Shown here: positions 42,155 to 53,495 of the stretch, one piece after another
Numbering within the stretch: the stretch's first letter is position 1
How the letters are laid out: each line of letters begins with the position of its first letter
Source: Thermoplasmata archaeon
GTDB lineage: Archaea > Thermoplasmatota > Thermoplasmata > Thermoplasmatales > Thermoplasmataceae
Direction: 5' to 3'
Assembly (NCBI GenBank): GCA_021797555.1
Contig: JAJZZM010000015.1
Span: 2,110-66,109 of the forward strand
Length of the DNA stretch: 64,000 nt
Position numbers and translations under genes: made by a program
Notes under the pieces: generated by a model
What the model saw: the letters and a program-made list of their open reading frames with translations, nothing else
What the model was told of the DNA's origin: nothing
Database searches by the model: none

Positions 42155-43165
42155 TTATTCTTTTGGCCTGCCTCTTAAAACTATTTCCCTGAGTTCTTTT
42201 CCAACCTGTTCTTCCAGTGAATTGTCAAGGTCCGACATTAAAGCCTCCAAGTGCTTGGAACCCTCGTCATATTCTTCTATCCATTCATCAGCAAATTTTC
42301 CGCTCTTTATTCTTTCTGCCTTTTCCATCATTCTTTTTCTTACATCATCGTTTATAACATATTTTCCAACCGTTAAACCACCATATTTTGCTGTATCAGA
42401 AACTGCCCTTAACATGCCGGATAAACCATTTTCATAGATCTGGTCTGTTATCAATTTCATTTCATTTATAGCCTCAAAATATGCCATTTCAGGCCTATAG
42501 CCTAAATCAACTATTGTATGGAATGTGGACCTTAGCATTTCTGTTAACCCGCCTACAAGGTCTAACTGTTCTCCCATTAAATCTGTTTCAGTTTCTTCCT
42601 TAAAAGTTGTTTCAAGGACTCCGGCCTTTGTCGCACCAAGGCCCTTTGCAATGGCAAGTGCTTTTTCCAGTGCTTTTCCAGAGTAATTGCTATCAACGCC
42701 TACCAGTACGGGAACACCGCCGCCCTTGACAAAAAATTCCCTTACTGATGGGCCGGGCGCTTTCGGTGCTGCCATATAAACATCCACATAGTCCGGTGGC
42801 TGTATTAACTTATAATGTATATTAAATCCATGCGCAAATACTAAATCCATGCCCTTTCTTAAAACAGGCCTGACCTTTTCATTATATATTTTTCTCTGAA
42901 CCATATCAGGAACCAGGAATATTACAATATCTGCATCCTTTAATGCCTCTTCTGTTTTCATGGGCTTAACACCGTCTTCAAGTGCTTTATGCCATGAATT
43001 GCCCTCCCTTTCAAGACCCAGCCTGACATTCAGGCCCGAATCAATTAAATTTAATACCCATGCCCTGCCCTGGCTTCCATAACCAAGTACAGCTATCTTT
43101 TTATCCTTCAAGTAACCTAAATCTGCATCATTCTCTGTATATACTTTACCAAGTACCTTGCTCAA
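42155..43165 (-). CDS. ilvC: Ketol-acid reductoisomerase
   Basis: GYGSQG, AHGFN, EETETDLMGEQ, SDTAKYG; TTG start at 43165 after GGTGA. Confidence 0.95.
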   Translation of the reverse strand: MSKVLGKVYTENDADLGYLKDKKIAVLGYGSQGRAWVLNLIDSGLNVRLGLEREGNSWHKALEDGVKPMKTEEALKDADIVIFLVPDMVQRKIYNEKVRPVLRKGMDLVFAHGFNIHYKLIQPPDYVDVYMAAPKAPGPSVREFFVKGGGVPVLVGVDSNYSGKALEKALAIAKGLGATKAGVLETTFKEETETDLMGEQLDLVGGLTEMLRSTFHTIVDLGYRPEMAYFEAINEMKLITDQIYENGLSGMLRAVSDTAKYGGLTVGKYVINDDVRKRMMEKAERIKSGKFADEWIEEYDEGSKHLEALMSDLDNSLEEQVGKELREIVLRGRPKE

Positions 43166-43475
43166 CCTTTTCACCCCATTCATACCTTTCGGAATTATTA
43201 TAATTTAATTCAAAATTTTTTAATTTATAATCATTTATTACTTCAACATAATCTATATCAACCATTTTGCTAAGTGTTAATATTGATAGGTCAACATTGC
43301 CCAAATTGTATTTATCGTATAATAATAAATATAATACACAGTTATTGCTTTCATCGCAGCTAACATTCATCCATTTTATGTCAACCCAGAATTTTCTGAA
43401 ATTTGCCGAAACTCTTTCCATTAATCCAGCATCTCTGTAATTTCCATTAATTTTTACTACTTTTTCTTGGGTCAC
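43146..43475 (-). CDS. ilvN: Acetolactate synthase regulatory (ACT) subunit
   Basis: RDAGLMERV ACT start; lies between ilvB and ilvC. Confidence 0.75.
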   Translation of the reverse strand: MTQEKVVKINGNYRDAGLMERVSANFRKFWVDIKWMNVSCDESNNCVLYLLLYDKYNLGNVDLSILTLSKMVDIDYVEVINDYKLKNFELNYNNSERYEWGEKVEQGTW

Positions 43476-45165
43476 TTACTATCACCTCACTTAATTTTCC
43501 ACCTGGTGGCAGTGTTGGCAGTGCAAGCTCTTCCTTGCTTACAGGAACACGCAGCACCGATGGCACATTCTCTTTTATTGCCTTTCTTATATACTCATAT
43601 AAATCATTATAATTATGGACATCGTATGCATCTGCACCGAATGATTCCGCATATTTTACGATATTAGGAGAATTCCCATAATCAACTCCCACTATTCTTT
43701 TATCCTGGAACATATCCTGAACCTGCCTTACAAGCCCCAATGTCCTGTTGTCATTTACTATTGCTATTACAGGTATGTGTTCATCAACTGCAGTTGCTAA
43801 ATTATTTCCGGTCATCATAAATGAACCATCGCCATCGTAGTCTATTACAACCTTATCCGGCTTTCCTATTTTTGCTCCCATTGCGGACGGCAATCCAAAA
43901 CCCATCGTGCCCATTCCCGTTGATGAAAAGAATGACCTCGGCTCTAAATTCTCCCACTGTGTTTCCGCCCACATCTGATGCTGGCCAACCCCTGTTGTTA
44001 ATATTGTATCCCTGGGCACTGCCTCCCTTATTGTTTTTAATATTTTCCAGGGCTTTAAATGGCCATCATCCTCTGGATGAGAAAACTGTGAATAATATTC
44101 CTTTAATTCATTTATACGCTTTGTCCACTCATATAAATTACTCTTTCTGCCAAGTGCATATAATACATTTAATAATTCTTTCAATAATACTTTTGCATTT
44201 CCCTGCATTGTTAAATCAGGCCTTATTCCCTTGCTAAAATCGGTTGGGTCCATATTTACTGACATAAATATTTTTTTAGTATCACTCATTTCATTGTATG
44301 ATGTGAATGTTCTATCGCTGAATCTTGACCCAATTGCAAATAAAACATCTGATTCCAGCGCTGCCTTGCTTGCTTCGGCACGCCCATAGTATCCCATGGC
44401 ACCTATATAAAGGGGATAATCTGCGGGCATTGATGATTTTCCAGGCAATGTTGATACTACAGGGCATCCAAGGAATTCAGATAATTTGATTACCTCTTCA
44501 GTGGCATTTGCCCACGCAACCCCTGCTCCTACAAGTATTACCGGCCTTTCTGCGTTCAGCAGATTCAATGCTGTCTTTCTCAATGCATCCCTGTCTATAA
44601 TAGTCCTGAATGGTTTATAATGGGCATTTACATCATCAGGGTACTTTACATTGTCTATATCCTCCATCTGAATATCTCTTGGTATATCAACAACCACAGG
44701 TCCCGGCCTTCCTGTTGACGCAATATAAAATGCATTTTTTATCCATTGCGGTATTTCAGTAATGTCTTTTATTTCAACCGCATATTTTGATACTGGAAAA
44801 GACACGCCCAATGTATCCGATTCCTGGAATGATAATTTTCCCATCGAGGATCTATTGACACCACCTGCTATTGCAACAACCGGTGATGAATCCTGGTATG
44901 CCGTCACAAGGCCGGTAACAAGGTTGGTTACTCCGGGTCCAGCTGTTGCTGTACATACTCCGGGTATTCCGGTTGCACGCGCAAACCCATCGGCAGCATG
45001 TGCCGCAGCCTGCTCATGCCTCATCAATATATGCCTAAGCTCTCCATTTTCAAGGTCTTCATAGAAGGAATCGTACATGGGCATATTATATAAACCAGGT
45101 ATGCCAAAAATATTTTTGACTCCTTCCCTTTTCAAGGATTCTATAAGCAGTTTAGAACCCTTCAT
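43447..45165 (-). CDS. ilvB: Acetolactate synthase large subunit
   Basis: RHEQAAAHAADG, GVGQHQMW, GDGS..N TPP motif. Confidence 0.95.
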   Translation of the reverse strand: MKGSKLLIESLKREGVKNIFGIPGLYNMPMYDSFYEDLENGELRHILMRHEQAAAHAADGFARATGIPGVCTATAGPGVTNLVTGLVTAYQDSSPVVAIAGGVNRSSMGKLSFQESDTLGVSFPVSKYAVEIKDITEIPQWIKNAFYIASTGRPGPVVVDIPRDIQMEDIDNVKYPDDVNAHYKPFRTIIDRDALRKTALNLLNAERPVILVGAGVAWANATEEVIKLSEFLGCPVVSTLPGKSSMPADYPLYIGAMGYYGRAEASKAALESDVLFAIGSRFSDRTFTSYNEMSDTKKIFMSVNMDPTDFSKGIRPDLTMQGNAKVLLKELLNVLYALGRKSNLYEWTKRINELKEYYSQFSHPEDDGHLKPWKILKTIREAVPRDTILTTGVGQHQMWAETQWENLEPRSFFSSTGMGTMGFGLPSAMGAKIGKPDKVVIDYDGDGSFMMTGNNLATAVDEHIPVIAIVNDNRTLGLVRQVQDMFQDKRIVGVDYGNSPNIVKYAESFGADAYDVHNYNDLYEYIRKAIKENVPSVLRVPVSKEELALPTLPPGGKLSEVIVSDPRKSSKN

Positions 45166-45220
45166 AAAAACACCCCAAAAACTTTAAAACCCTTTATAGC
45201 TATTCCATTAACTCTTCTGT

Positions 45221-45285
45221 CAAAAAACACGCCACAGGTGTTAGATAAAACTTCTCACACTATTCATTTTTTTCACCTGCTTCAT
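45221..45285 (-). promoter_or_regulatory. Leader uORF plus hairpin/oligo-T (attenuator-like)
   Basis: uORF MKQVKKMNSVRSFI (45285-45241) followed by AACAC-N7-GTGTT-TTTT. Confidence 0.45.
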
Positions 45286-45462
45286 TTTATGCTTGGTAAA
45301 TACACTAAATGAAGTTAATAAAATGTAATACTTAATTTTATTTAAACGTTTTGTTTTAAAATTTATGCTTAATTCAGTTGCATAATCATCCAATTTGAGA
45401 ATTCCTATAATTGTCATAATAAAATAAAAAATTATATATATTATTATCACTTTTATTTAAAA

Positions 45463-47121
45463 ATGAAGAGATCTGATATAACTTATAGTGGGCCGGAAAG
45501 GGCGCCTAATAGATCATATATGAAGGCTATGGGATTAACTGATGATGATTTAAGTAAATATATTGTTGGCGTTGCAGCGGCATGGAATGAGGCAGGCCCA
45601 TGCAATATACACGTTTTATCTTTAGCAAATAATACAAAGGAGGGGATAAGGCATAATAATGGTACACCAAGGTTATTTGCAACACCTGTTGTTATCGATG
45701 GCGTTGCAATGGGAACAGAGGGAATGAAATATTCTTTAGTTAGCAGGGAATTAATAGCGAATACGGTAGAATCAACGGTAAATGCACACAATTATGATGG
45801 TTTTGCCGCAATATCAGGGTGCGATAAAACATCTCCGGGAATGATGATGGCAATGGCAAGGCTAAATATACCATCAATAGTTATGTATGGTGGAACTACA
45901 CTGCCGGGTCATTTTCATGGAAAAGAAATAGCGGTGGGCGATTTATTTGAGGCAGTTGGTTCATATTTAAATGGAAACATGTCAATGAGTGAATTAAAAT
46001 TAATGGAGGATAATGCAGTGCCCACCGCCGGATCATGTGGCGGATTATATACTGCTAATACAATGGCAATGATGACCGAGGTTTTGGGTTTGGCATTGCC
46101 GGGAAGTGCATCACCACCTGCTGTTGATGGTGCAAAGGTAAAATATGCATACGAAACTGGAAAATTAGTAATGGACCTGCTGGAAACTGATTTAAAGCCC
46201 AGGGATATATTGACAGAGGAATCATTCTATAATGCAATAACAGTTTTAATGGCTTCAGGAGGTTCAACAAACGCTGTTCTCCATTTATTGGCAATAGCAC
46301 ACGAGGCAGGCATAAAATTAAGCATGGATGATTTCGATAGAATATCAATGAAAATACCTGAAATAGTCAATATGAAGCCTTCAGGCGAATATGTGATGGC
46401 AGACCTTGATAAAATAGGCGGAGTACCTGTTTTAATGAAGATATTATTAGATCACAATTTATTAAACGGGGATCAGTTAACTGTAACAGGAAAAACAATA
46501 AAGGAAAATCTAAGGGATATAAAAGTAATGAACAAAGGCAATATAATATCAGATATAGAAAAACCATTAAATCCCTCGGGCGGAATAAGAATATTAAAGG
46601 GCAATTTAGCAACAGAAGGTTCAGTTTTTAAGATATCCGCATCAAGTGTAAAATACCATAAGGGCCCTGCTAAAGTTTTTGATTCTGAGGAGGATTCATT
46701 TAAGGCAATAAAAAATAGGGAAATCAACCCCGGCGATGTTGTTGTAATAAGGTATGAAGGACCAAAGGGCGGCCCGGGAATGAGGGAAATGCTATCCGTT
46801 ACCTCGGCGGTTATAGGCGAAGGCTTGGGTGATAAGGTAGCATTAATAACGGATGGCAGGTTCTCAGGTGCAACACGTGGCATCATGGTAGGCCATATAG
46901 CTCCTGAAGCAATGGATGGCGGTGCAATAGCAATAGTAAAAAACAATGATACAATAGAAATAGACGGAAACAATGGAAAAATCAATCTTTTAATCGATGA
47001 AAACGAATTAAACAATAGATTAAAAAACTGGAAAAAGCCCGATCCAAAACATAAAACTGGATTGTTATACCAGTATTCTAAATTAGTTTCATCATCATCC
47101 ATGGGTGCCGTTATGGAATAA
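45463..47121 (+). CDS. ilvD: Dihydroxy-acid dehydratase
   Basis: [28 protein letters not shown]. Confidence 0.97.
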   Translation: MKRSDITYSGPERAPNRSYMKAMGLTDDDLSKYIVGVAAAWNEAGPCNIHVLSLANNTKEGIRHNNGTPRLFATPVVIDGVAMGTEGMKYSLVSRELIANTVESTVNAHNYDGFAAISGCDKTSPGMMMAMARLNIPSIVMYGGTTLPGHFHGKEIAVGDLFEAVGSYLNGNMSMSELKLMEDNAVPTAGSCGGLYTANTMAMMTEVLGLALPGSASPPAVDGAKVKYAYETGKLVMDLLETDLKPRDILTEESFYNAITVLMASGGSTNAVLHLLAIAHEAGIKLSMDDFDRISMKIPEIVNMKPSGEYVMADLDKIGGVPVLMKILLDHNLLNGDQLTVTGKTIKENLRDIKVMNKGNIISDIEKPLNPSGGIRILKGNLATEGSVFKISASSVKYHKGPAKVFDSEEDSFKAIKNREINPGDVVVIRYEGPKGGPGMREMLSVTSAVIGEGLGDKVALITDGRFSGATRGIMVGHIAPEAMDGGAIAIVKNNDTIEIDGNNGKINLLIDENELNNRLKNWKKPDPKHKTGLLYQYSKLVSSSSMGAVME

Positions 47122-47150
47122 TATCAAAAATACTTTATATTTTGCCATAA

Positions 47151-47411
47151 TTGGCTATAATGGATAGCAAAGAAGAAATGGAAAAAATAGGGGATAATAT
47201 AGAAAAGGAACTTGACACCTTCAGGCAGAGAACAGAAGATAATTTTAATGAAGTGTATAATAAATTAAACAACAAGAAATTAAGCGAAGAAAATGAAGAG
47301 AATTTATCACTTGCATTAACAATGATGGAATCTATTGGAATAGATATATTGCATTTATTAAGGGATTATGACGATTTGGTAGATTATTTAGAAATATTGA
47401 AAAAATTATAA
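47151..47411 (+). CDS. Hypothetical acidic helical protein
   Basis: Clean ORF filling the gap. Confidence 0.6.
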   Translation: MAIMDSKEEMEKIGDNIEKELDTFRQRTEDNFNEVYNKLNNKKLSEENEENLSLALTMMESIGIDILHLLRDYDDLVDYLEILKKL

Positions 47412-47422
47412 ATTTTTATTAT

Positions 47423-48805
47423 TCATTCCTCACCGGTTTCATTCATTTTTTTATTATTGGTGTGTTCTGTAGGTTCCTTCCTGGCTATATGGGATGGTGG
47501 ATAGCCTGTAATATCAAGGCCAGCTTCTCCATGTATGGCCATATCTCCTATTATTAATTTATCCTCGGTTTCTCTTAATGGAATAAATTTTCCAATTAAC
47601 TTTAATAATCCGTATGTTAGGGCAAATACATAGAGTATCACTATAACAGCGGCAAATGCCTGTATTTCTAATTGATAGAAATTCCCATATAACGCACCCT
47701 TTAATCCCGGGTCAATATACTGGGTTACAATAGGGTCTGCAAAAATACCTGTTAATAAGCCTCCAAGAACACCAGCAACGGCATGCGATGAGAACACTCC
47801 CAAGGTATCATCTATCTTAAATTTCGGTTCTATTCTGTATAAAAATACCCATGGTATTATGCCTGTAGCCATTCCTATAACCATTGCACCATAAATATTT
47901 ACATAACCTGCTGCGGGAGTTATACCCACCAATCCCGATATTGCACCTATCGAAGCACCTATTAATGATGGTTTTTTGAAAAATTTCATATCCATGAACA
48001 TCCACGTTATCATGCTAACTGCAGTTGCCACATTTGTATTTATTATTGCTATGCCAGCATCCACCGTACTGCCATATGGGTCACCGCCATTGAAGCCATC
48101 CCAGCCCAGCCATATTAAGCCCAAGCCAAGCATTACCAGGGCAAGGTTATTAGCCTTCATTTTCATCTCTTCCTTTAATCTTGGCCCTATTGCCAGCGCA
48201 GCCGCTAAAGCACCTATGCCAGCATCAACATGTATTACATAGCCCCCTGAAAAGTCGACAGCACCTAATTGATTTAACCATCCACCGGCAAATAGCCAGT
48301 ATGCCACAGGGCTATAAACAATTAAAGACCATACAGGCACAAAAATCATCCACGCTTTAAAATTCATTCTTTCAAGTATACCACCCATTAAAAGTATAGG
48401 GGTTATGGCAGCAAAAACAAACTGGAAAAATATTATTGTTGCATTTGGTACGGTCAGTGCCGTTTTTAATGGGCCTATTATTGCCTGGCCACCTATAAAT
48501 GAACCTGATGCCGCCGGGAAAGGCACACCAAAAATATAATATCCATTTATTTCTAAGGAACTTGATGTACCAAATCCAAAATTATAACCTGCTATTACCC
48601 ATATTATAAGAACTGCCGCAAATGCATATAAAGCCATCATCATCGCATTTACCATGTATTTTCTTTTGGTTAAACCCGCATAATATAAAGCCAATCCCGG
48701 GATACTCTGTAAGCCCACAAGTGTTGCGGCCGTAAGCATCCATCCATTATTTCCGGTATTTAACCATGTATTGCTATCAGATTTTATTAAATAATATAAC
48801 ACCAT
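47423..48805 (-). CDS. amt: Ammonium transporter
   Basis: [36 protein letters not shown]; start uncertain. Confidence 0.95.
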   Translation of the reverse strand: MVLYYLIKSDSNTWLNTGNNGWMLTAATLVGLQSIPGLALYYAGLTKRKYMVNAMMMALYAFAAVLIIWVIAGYNFGFGTSSSLEINGYYIFGVPFPAASGSFIGGQAIIGPLKTALTVPNATIIFFQFVFAAITPILLMGGILERMNFKAWMIFVPVWSLIVYSPVAYWLFAGGWLNQLGAVDFSGGYVIHVDAGIGALAAALAIGPRLKEEMKMKANNLALVMLGLGLIWLGWDGFNGGDPYGSTVDAGIAIINTNVATAVSMITWMFMDMKFFKKPSLIGASIGAISGLVGITPAAGYVNIYGAMVIGMATGIIPWVFLYRIEPKFKIDDTLGVFSSHAVAGVLGGLLTGIFADPIVTQYIDPGLKGALYGNFYQLEIQAFAAVIVILYVFALTYGLLKLIGKFIPLRETEDKLIIGDMAIHGEAGLDITGYPPSHIARKEPTEHTNNKKMNETGEE

Positions 48806-48916
48806 GATATTAAATAACATGGAAATAATTAATACACCTTTATTAATATATATTTTTGTAATTTTTCTGTTATTTATTTTAATTTTAAGTTATTATTTGA
48901 ATAAAAATTTAACTTT

Positions 48917-50791
48917 TTATATCCTTTTCTCTATTACAGTAAATTTATTATGCAATTTTTTTAAGTTGTTTGTATTCATTTTAGCATCAAAATCTTTTAT
49001 AATATAATATAATTCATTATATTCATTTTTATTTAAATATCTATAATTATATGATGGTATTTCATTTTTGTTATACAATTTTTTAATATATATTTTTGCT
49101 TCTTCCGGCAATAAATCTATTATATCAATAAAATTTTTGTTTTTTAAATTTTTATATAAATCATTATCTATTAGAGATTCCATTAATAATGCCCTTAAAA
49201 TATTATTTTTAAAATCAGGCTGCATCCCTATTTTTTTGCTGTTAACCCTGCCATAAATATATATTTTTCCACCAGTCATTCCTGAACCTATATATTTGCC
49301 GGAATATTTATTATTAGATAATACAGTTATAACACCGCCTGACATATACTCACCTAAATAATCATCAAATCTTCCATTTATTACTATATATGGAATATTA
49401 TCATATGCCCTGAGCTGAATTCCGCATCTGTTGCCAGCATCCCCCTTTATATATATCCTGCCATTATTCATTGCCTGGCCCAAAACATCGCCCGCACTGC
49501 CATATATTTTAACCTCGCCGCCTGACATTGAATCACAGCAGTCATCAGCAACATTGCCGTAAATATTTGCATTATTATTCTCATTTAAGTTCATCAGGCA
49601 GTTGCCAGCATTGCCATATAGATCTAAATTATAATTTTTATTAAAAATTTTAATTCCTATATATTTATGGCCTGTAACATTTTTTATTTTTATATCTTTT
49701 TTATTTAATTTTAATATTTCATTGTCTAATTTATTGTAATCTATATTATATGCATCAATATCATAATTATTTATATCATAAGTTTTTGAATATTTTATAT
49801 TTTTCCTTCCTGAATTTATTAAGCCTTTTTTTAAGGATGCTATAAAATATGAATCAGGCTCTAATGTCCATATCCTGGCATTTTTATTTATTAGTTTTAT
49901 TTCTTTTTCCTCACTTGCTATATAATAATTATTTTTATCCTCTCCCAAAATTACTGGCCTTAATTTTGTTTTATCTGTTAATCCTATTAAATATAAATCA
50001 CTGCCATCATCATAGCCTATAATAACTGTATATGGCCCATCAAGGACATAACCACGGTTTATATATTTTATATATTTATCATTAATTTTATTATTCATAA
50101 TTTTTATTGAGGTTACCAAATCATATTTTTTTAATAATTCCCTGAATATATATGATATAACCTCGCTGTCTGTGCCGACAAAGCTTTTTATTCCATGGTT
50201 TTTCAGGGATTCCCTGTTTGCGCCGAATGAACTTATGTCACCATTGTGTATTATTGCAATATTAAATGTGGAAAATGGATGTGACCAGTATGGTTCGTCT
50301 CCAGGAGAATTTGTTGGCTGCCTTGTATGTGCAAGCCATAAATCACCTTTCATATTATCTATATGGTATTCATCGGAAACATCTAAAGGATACCCGACAC
50401 CCTTGAAAACATTTAAAGATGTGCCTGAGCTATAAATTCTTCCCGATCTATTTTTCCATAAAAGATAATTAACATTATCTATTAAATTTAAATCAATAAC
50501 ATCAAGGTTATAGCAGTAACTCTTTACATTATTATTATTTTCAACATAATAATTACTTATATCAAATTTTTCTGATATTATTTTATTTAGTTTTTCTTCA
50601 TCTCCATTATAAAAAATCTTAATCTTATAATTATTGTCATTTAAATTGAATACAGCATAACCTGATCCCTTGTCACTGCCACGGTATTTTATTGAATCCA
50701 ATGAATTAGAAACAATTTTCCCTGATATTTTTTCGGAATCATTTCTCCTTAAAATAGCCAATAATCCACATGAAGAGGGATAATAATTCAT
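48917..50791 (-). CDS. Glutamate synthase subunit: class II amidotransferase fused to GXGXG domain
   Basis: CGL near the N-terminus, HTRQPT, HNG, TDSE, then GEYMSGG-type repeats. Confidence 0.85.
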   Translation of the reverse strand: MNYYPSSCGLLAILRRNDSEKISGKIVSNSLDSIKYRGSDKGSGYAVFNLNDNNYKIKIFYNGDEEKLNKIISEKFDISNYYVENNNNVKSYCYNLDVIDLNLIDNVNYLLWKNRSGRIYSSGTSLNVFKGVGYPLDVSDEYHIDNMKGDLWLAHTRQPTNSPGDEPYWSHPFSTFNIAIIHNGDISSFGANRESLKNHGIKSFVGTDSEVISYIFRELLKKYDLVTSIKIMNNKINDKYIKYINRGYVLDGPYTVIIGYDDGSDLYLIGLTDKTKLRPVILGEDKNNYYIASEEKEIKLINKNARIWTLEPDSYFIASLKKGLINSGRKNIKYSKTYDINNYDIDAYNIDYNKLDNEILKLNKKDIKIKNVTGHKYIGIKIFNKNYNLDLYGNAGNCLMNLNENNNANIYGNVADDCCDSMSGGEVKIYGSAGDVLGQAMNNGRIYIKGDAGNRCGIQLRAYDNIPYIVINGRFDDYLGEYMSGGVITVLSNNKYSGKYIGSGMTGGKIYIYGRVNSKKIGMQPDFKNNILRALLMESLIDNDLYKNLKNKNFIDIIDLLPEEAKIYIKKLYNKNEIPSYNYRYLNKNEYNELYYIIKDFDAKMNTNNLKKLHNKFTVIEKRI

Positions 50792-52854
50792 AATGATCCG
50801 GCCTCACTTAAATTTAATATTTTTGATATATTATTGTCTAAATTTACCGACCTTAATAATTCTATATTTCCTGTCAATGAATTCTGCATATTTGATATTC
50901 CCATTGCACCACATAATAATGACAATTCCTTTTTTACTCCAATTATAAAATTTAAGGCCTTTTCATTTATATTATTTTGATTTGCCAGGCCATATTCAAA
51001 AATTTTTGATGGCAAAATAACGGCATCTGCACCCAATGTCATATATTTTGCTATATCCCCGGTATTCCTGAATTCATTGATATATAATAAAATATCATAT
51101 CTTTCCCTTTTATTTTTTAAATTATTCTTTAATTTGGCAATTTTCAATAAATCATAATCATTTATTATATATCCTGAAGCGTTTTTATTTTTATAATCAA
51201 ATGTATAAATATAATTTTTATATTTATAAAAAGTATCATATTTTAATAATGTGATATTTTTATATTTATTTTTTATTCTATCGTTTATAACCAATGTATT
51301 CATAAGCGATGATGCAAATAGTATTCCATTTTTTATTTCATCATTAGAATTGGAAATATCAAAAATAACGGGCAATGATAAATTGATTTTTCCACTGCAC
51401 ATATTAATGTTCAGGTTTATTGCTTCACGGTAGGGGTCTATAGAAGGCCTTGTAACCTGTGATCCGTCAAGCATTAAAAAATCAATGATCCTTGATGGCT
51501 TTACAACATCCGGTGGTGCATTGCTGCCCATGCCAGTTATTTCAGGTTCTCCCTTATTAATTAAATTATTCAAATATTTTTTATCAGGTATAAAATCTCC
51601 CTGCTTATAATAAGTATTTTTTATATTTTTATAATCAATATCTAAAACGTTTAATGTGTTTCTGGATAAATTATTTCCTATTAACAAATCCTTATTTCCT
51701 ATTAATTCATTTATATTTTTTAAATTTAAATTGTCTAAAATATTTTCTATTTCTATTTTGAATCCTTTTATAAAATTTATTATATTATTAACACCAAAAT
51801 CAATATCAAATAATTTTCTGTTGTCTGTTTTATTTGTTAATGCCGCAGGGCAGTAGCCAAGATTGCATTTTCTTACCATTATGCATCCCATTGCTATTAA
51901 TATTGATGTGCCTAAACTTACAAAATCTGCACCAAGCGCATATAATTTTGCAGCATCTGTTGAATTTGAGACCCTGCCGGCGGCAATAATTTTGAAGTTT
52001 TTTCTTAATTTTTCTTTTAATAATATATTATGGGATGATGCGACAGCTAATTCTACCGGTATTCCTAAATTATCCCTTATAGCCAGTGGCGTTGCACCTG
52101 TCCCGGCACCATGCCCATCAATAATAACGCCATCTGCACCTGACCTTGCTATTCCTGTTACAATATATGGTATATAATTTGTTGCAGCAACCTTAACAAA
52201 TACAGGTTTATCAGTCAATAATTTTAATGCTTCCACTCTCTGTGATAAATCCTCTATTGAATATATATCGTGATGCGGTGCAGGTGAAATTGCATCCGTA
52301 TTTTCTGGAATTTTCCTCGCTTTGGAAATGTTATACGTTACCTTATCCGCAGGCAAATGGCCTCCTATTCCTGGCTTTGCGCCCTGCCCTATTTTTATTA
52401 CTATTCCTGATCCTGCATTTAGGGTTTCTGCTGTTACACCGAACCTTGCAGAAGCCCACTGAACAAATATTCTTTTATATGATGATATATCCTTATACAG
52501 GCCACCTTCACCGGTACCTGACATTGTTTTGGTGATTTCAGCGGATTTTGCTATTGCAAGATTCGGGTTTCCGCTTAATGCTCCATATGACATATCGCCT
52601 AAATATAATGGGACAGACATTTCCATATCTGCTAAATATGATTTGGTATTGCTATGTGTATTTAATGTAATTTTATCATTATTCATTTTAAAATTTACAT
52701 TATCAAGTATCCTTAAACTATTATTTTTTATAAATATTTTATATGGTTCACCAGTATCTGCAAGTTCCCTTATGTGGTTAATTTTATCAAATGACCAGAA
52801 ATCCGGTTCTTTCTGTAATGGTATATTCATAAAATTATTTACTATATTATTCAT
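50788..52854 (-). CDS. Glutamate synthase FMN-binding subunit
   Basis: MSYGALS, TGEGG, KIGQGAKPGIGGHL, C-x4-C-x4-C; degenerate second barrel at the C-terminus. Confidence 0.9.
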   Translation of the reverse strand: MNNIVNNFMNIPLQKEPDFWSFDKINHIRELADTGEPYKIFIKNNSLRILDNVNFKMNNDKITLNTHSNTKSYLADMEMSVPLYLGDMSYGALSGNPNLAIAKSAEITKTMSGTGEGGLYKDISSYKRIFVQWASARFGVTAETLNAGSGIVIKIGQGAKPGIGGHLPADKVTYNISKARKIPENTDAISPAPHHDIYSIEDLSQRVEALKLLTDKPVFVKVAATNYIPYIVTGIARSGADGVIIDGHGAGTGATPLAIRDNLGIPVELAVASSHNILLKEKLRKNFKIIAAGRVSNSTDAAKLYALGADFVSLGTSILIAMGCIMVRKCNLGYCPAALTNKTDNRKLFDIDFGVNNIINFIKGFKIEIENILDNLNLKNINELIGNKDLLIGNNLSRNTLNVLDIDYKNIKNTYYKQGDFIPDKKYLNNLINKGEPEITGMGSNAPPDVVKPSRIIDFLMLDGSQVTRPSIDPYREAINLNINMCSGKINLSLPVIFDISNSNDEIKNGILFASSLMNTLVINDRIKNKYKNITLLKYDTFYKYKNYIYTFDYKNKNASGYIINDYDLLKIAKLKNNLKNKRERYDILLYINEFRNTGDIAKYMTLGADAVILPSKIFEYGLANQNNINEKALNFIIGVKKELSLLCGAMGISNMQNSLTGNIELLRSVNLDNNISKILNLSEAGSL

Positions 52855-52948
52855 GGTAATATGAATGATAATATCTATCTATATATAATTTTTTATTAAT
52901 TGAATATTAATTATTTTTAATAAGAAATTATGATTCGTGGTTATATTT

Positions 52949-53440
52949 CTACATTATTTGTTTAAAATATACATCAATATTATAATTTTCGTCCATAGAA
53001 AATTTATATTTAATTAATTTTATATCTATATTTTCTATTTTATCAAGTGTATTTATTTTCATTGCACGTTTAATTACCCTGTAATATGTTTCAATATGAC
53101 CCCTCTGTTTATGTATGTTCGCAACACATAATAGTATTATAAACTGGTATGTTTTCTTGATTATTCCATTTTTATTGCGCCATATATTCTCCAGAACCTC
53201 GTGAGCCTCCCAGTATCTCTGATTTGAAATAAGATAAATTGCATAGCTGACTGAATCAATATTTTTTAAATTGTTTACATATATTTTTTGATAATAATCT
53301 TTTAAAAGTGATTTTATTTTAATGTTTATTTTATAATAGGATGCTATTTCTACATGGTTATCTGCTATCCTTAGATCATATATATTGCCATCAAGCATTT
53401 TAAAAAATTTTAATTTATTATCCCTGCAAATATTTTCCAT
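52949..53440 (-). CDS. DUF309 family protein
   Basis: YWEAHEVLENIW. Confidence 0.8.
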   Translation of the reverse strand: MENICRDNKLKFFKMLDGNIYDLRIADNHVEIASYYKINIKIKSLLKDYYQKIYVNNLKNIDSVSYAIYLISNQRYWEAHEVLENIWRNKNGIIKKTYQFIILLCVANIHKQRGHIETYYRVIKRAMKINTLDKIENIDIKLIKYKFSMDENYNIDVYFKQIM

Positions 53441-53495
53441 TTTTATGTTATAAATATAAATGAACATAATAAATAAATTTTATATTGTATATAAA

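Noticed and set aside
46473..47102. 209-aa antisense ORF, and similar ones inside SNF2, glgX, ilvB and fdhF
   Set aside because: Shadows of well-supported genes on the opposite strand
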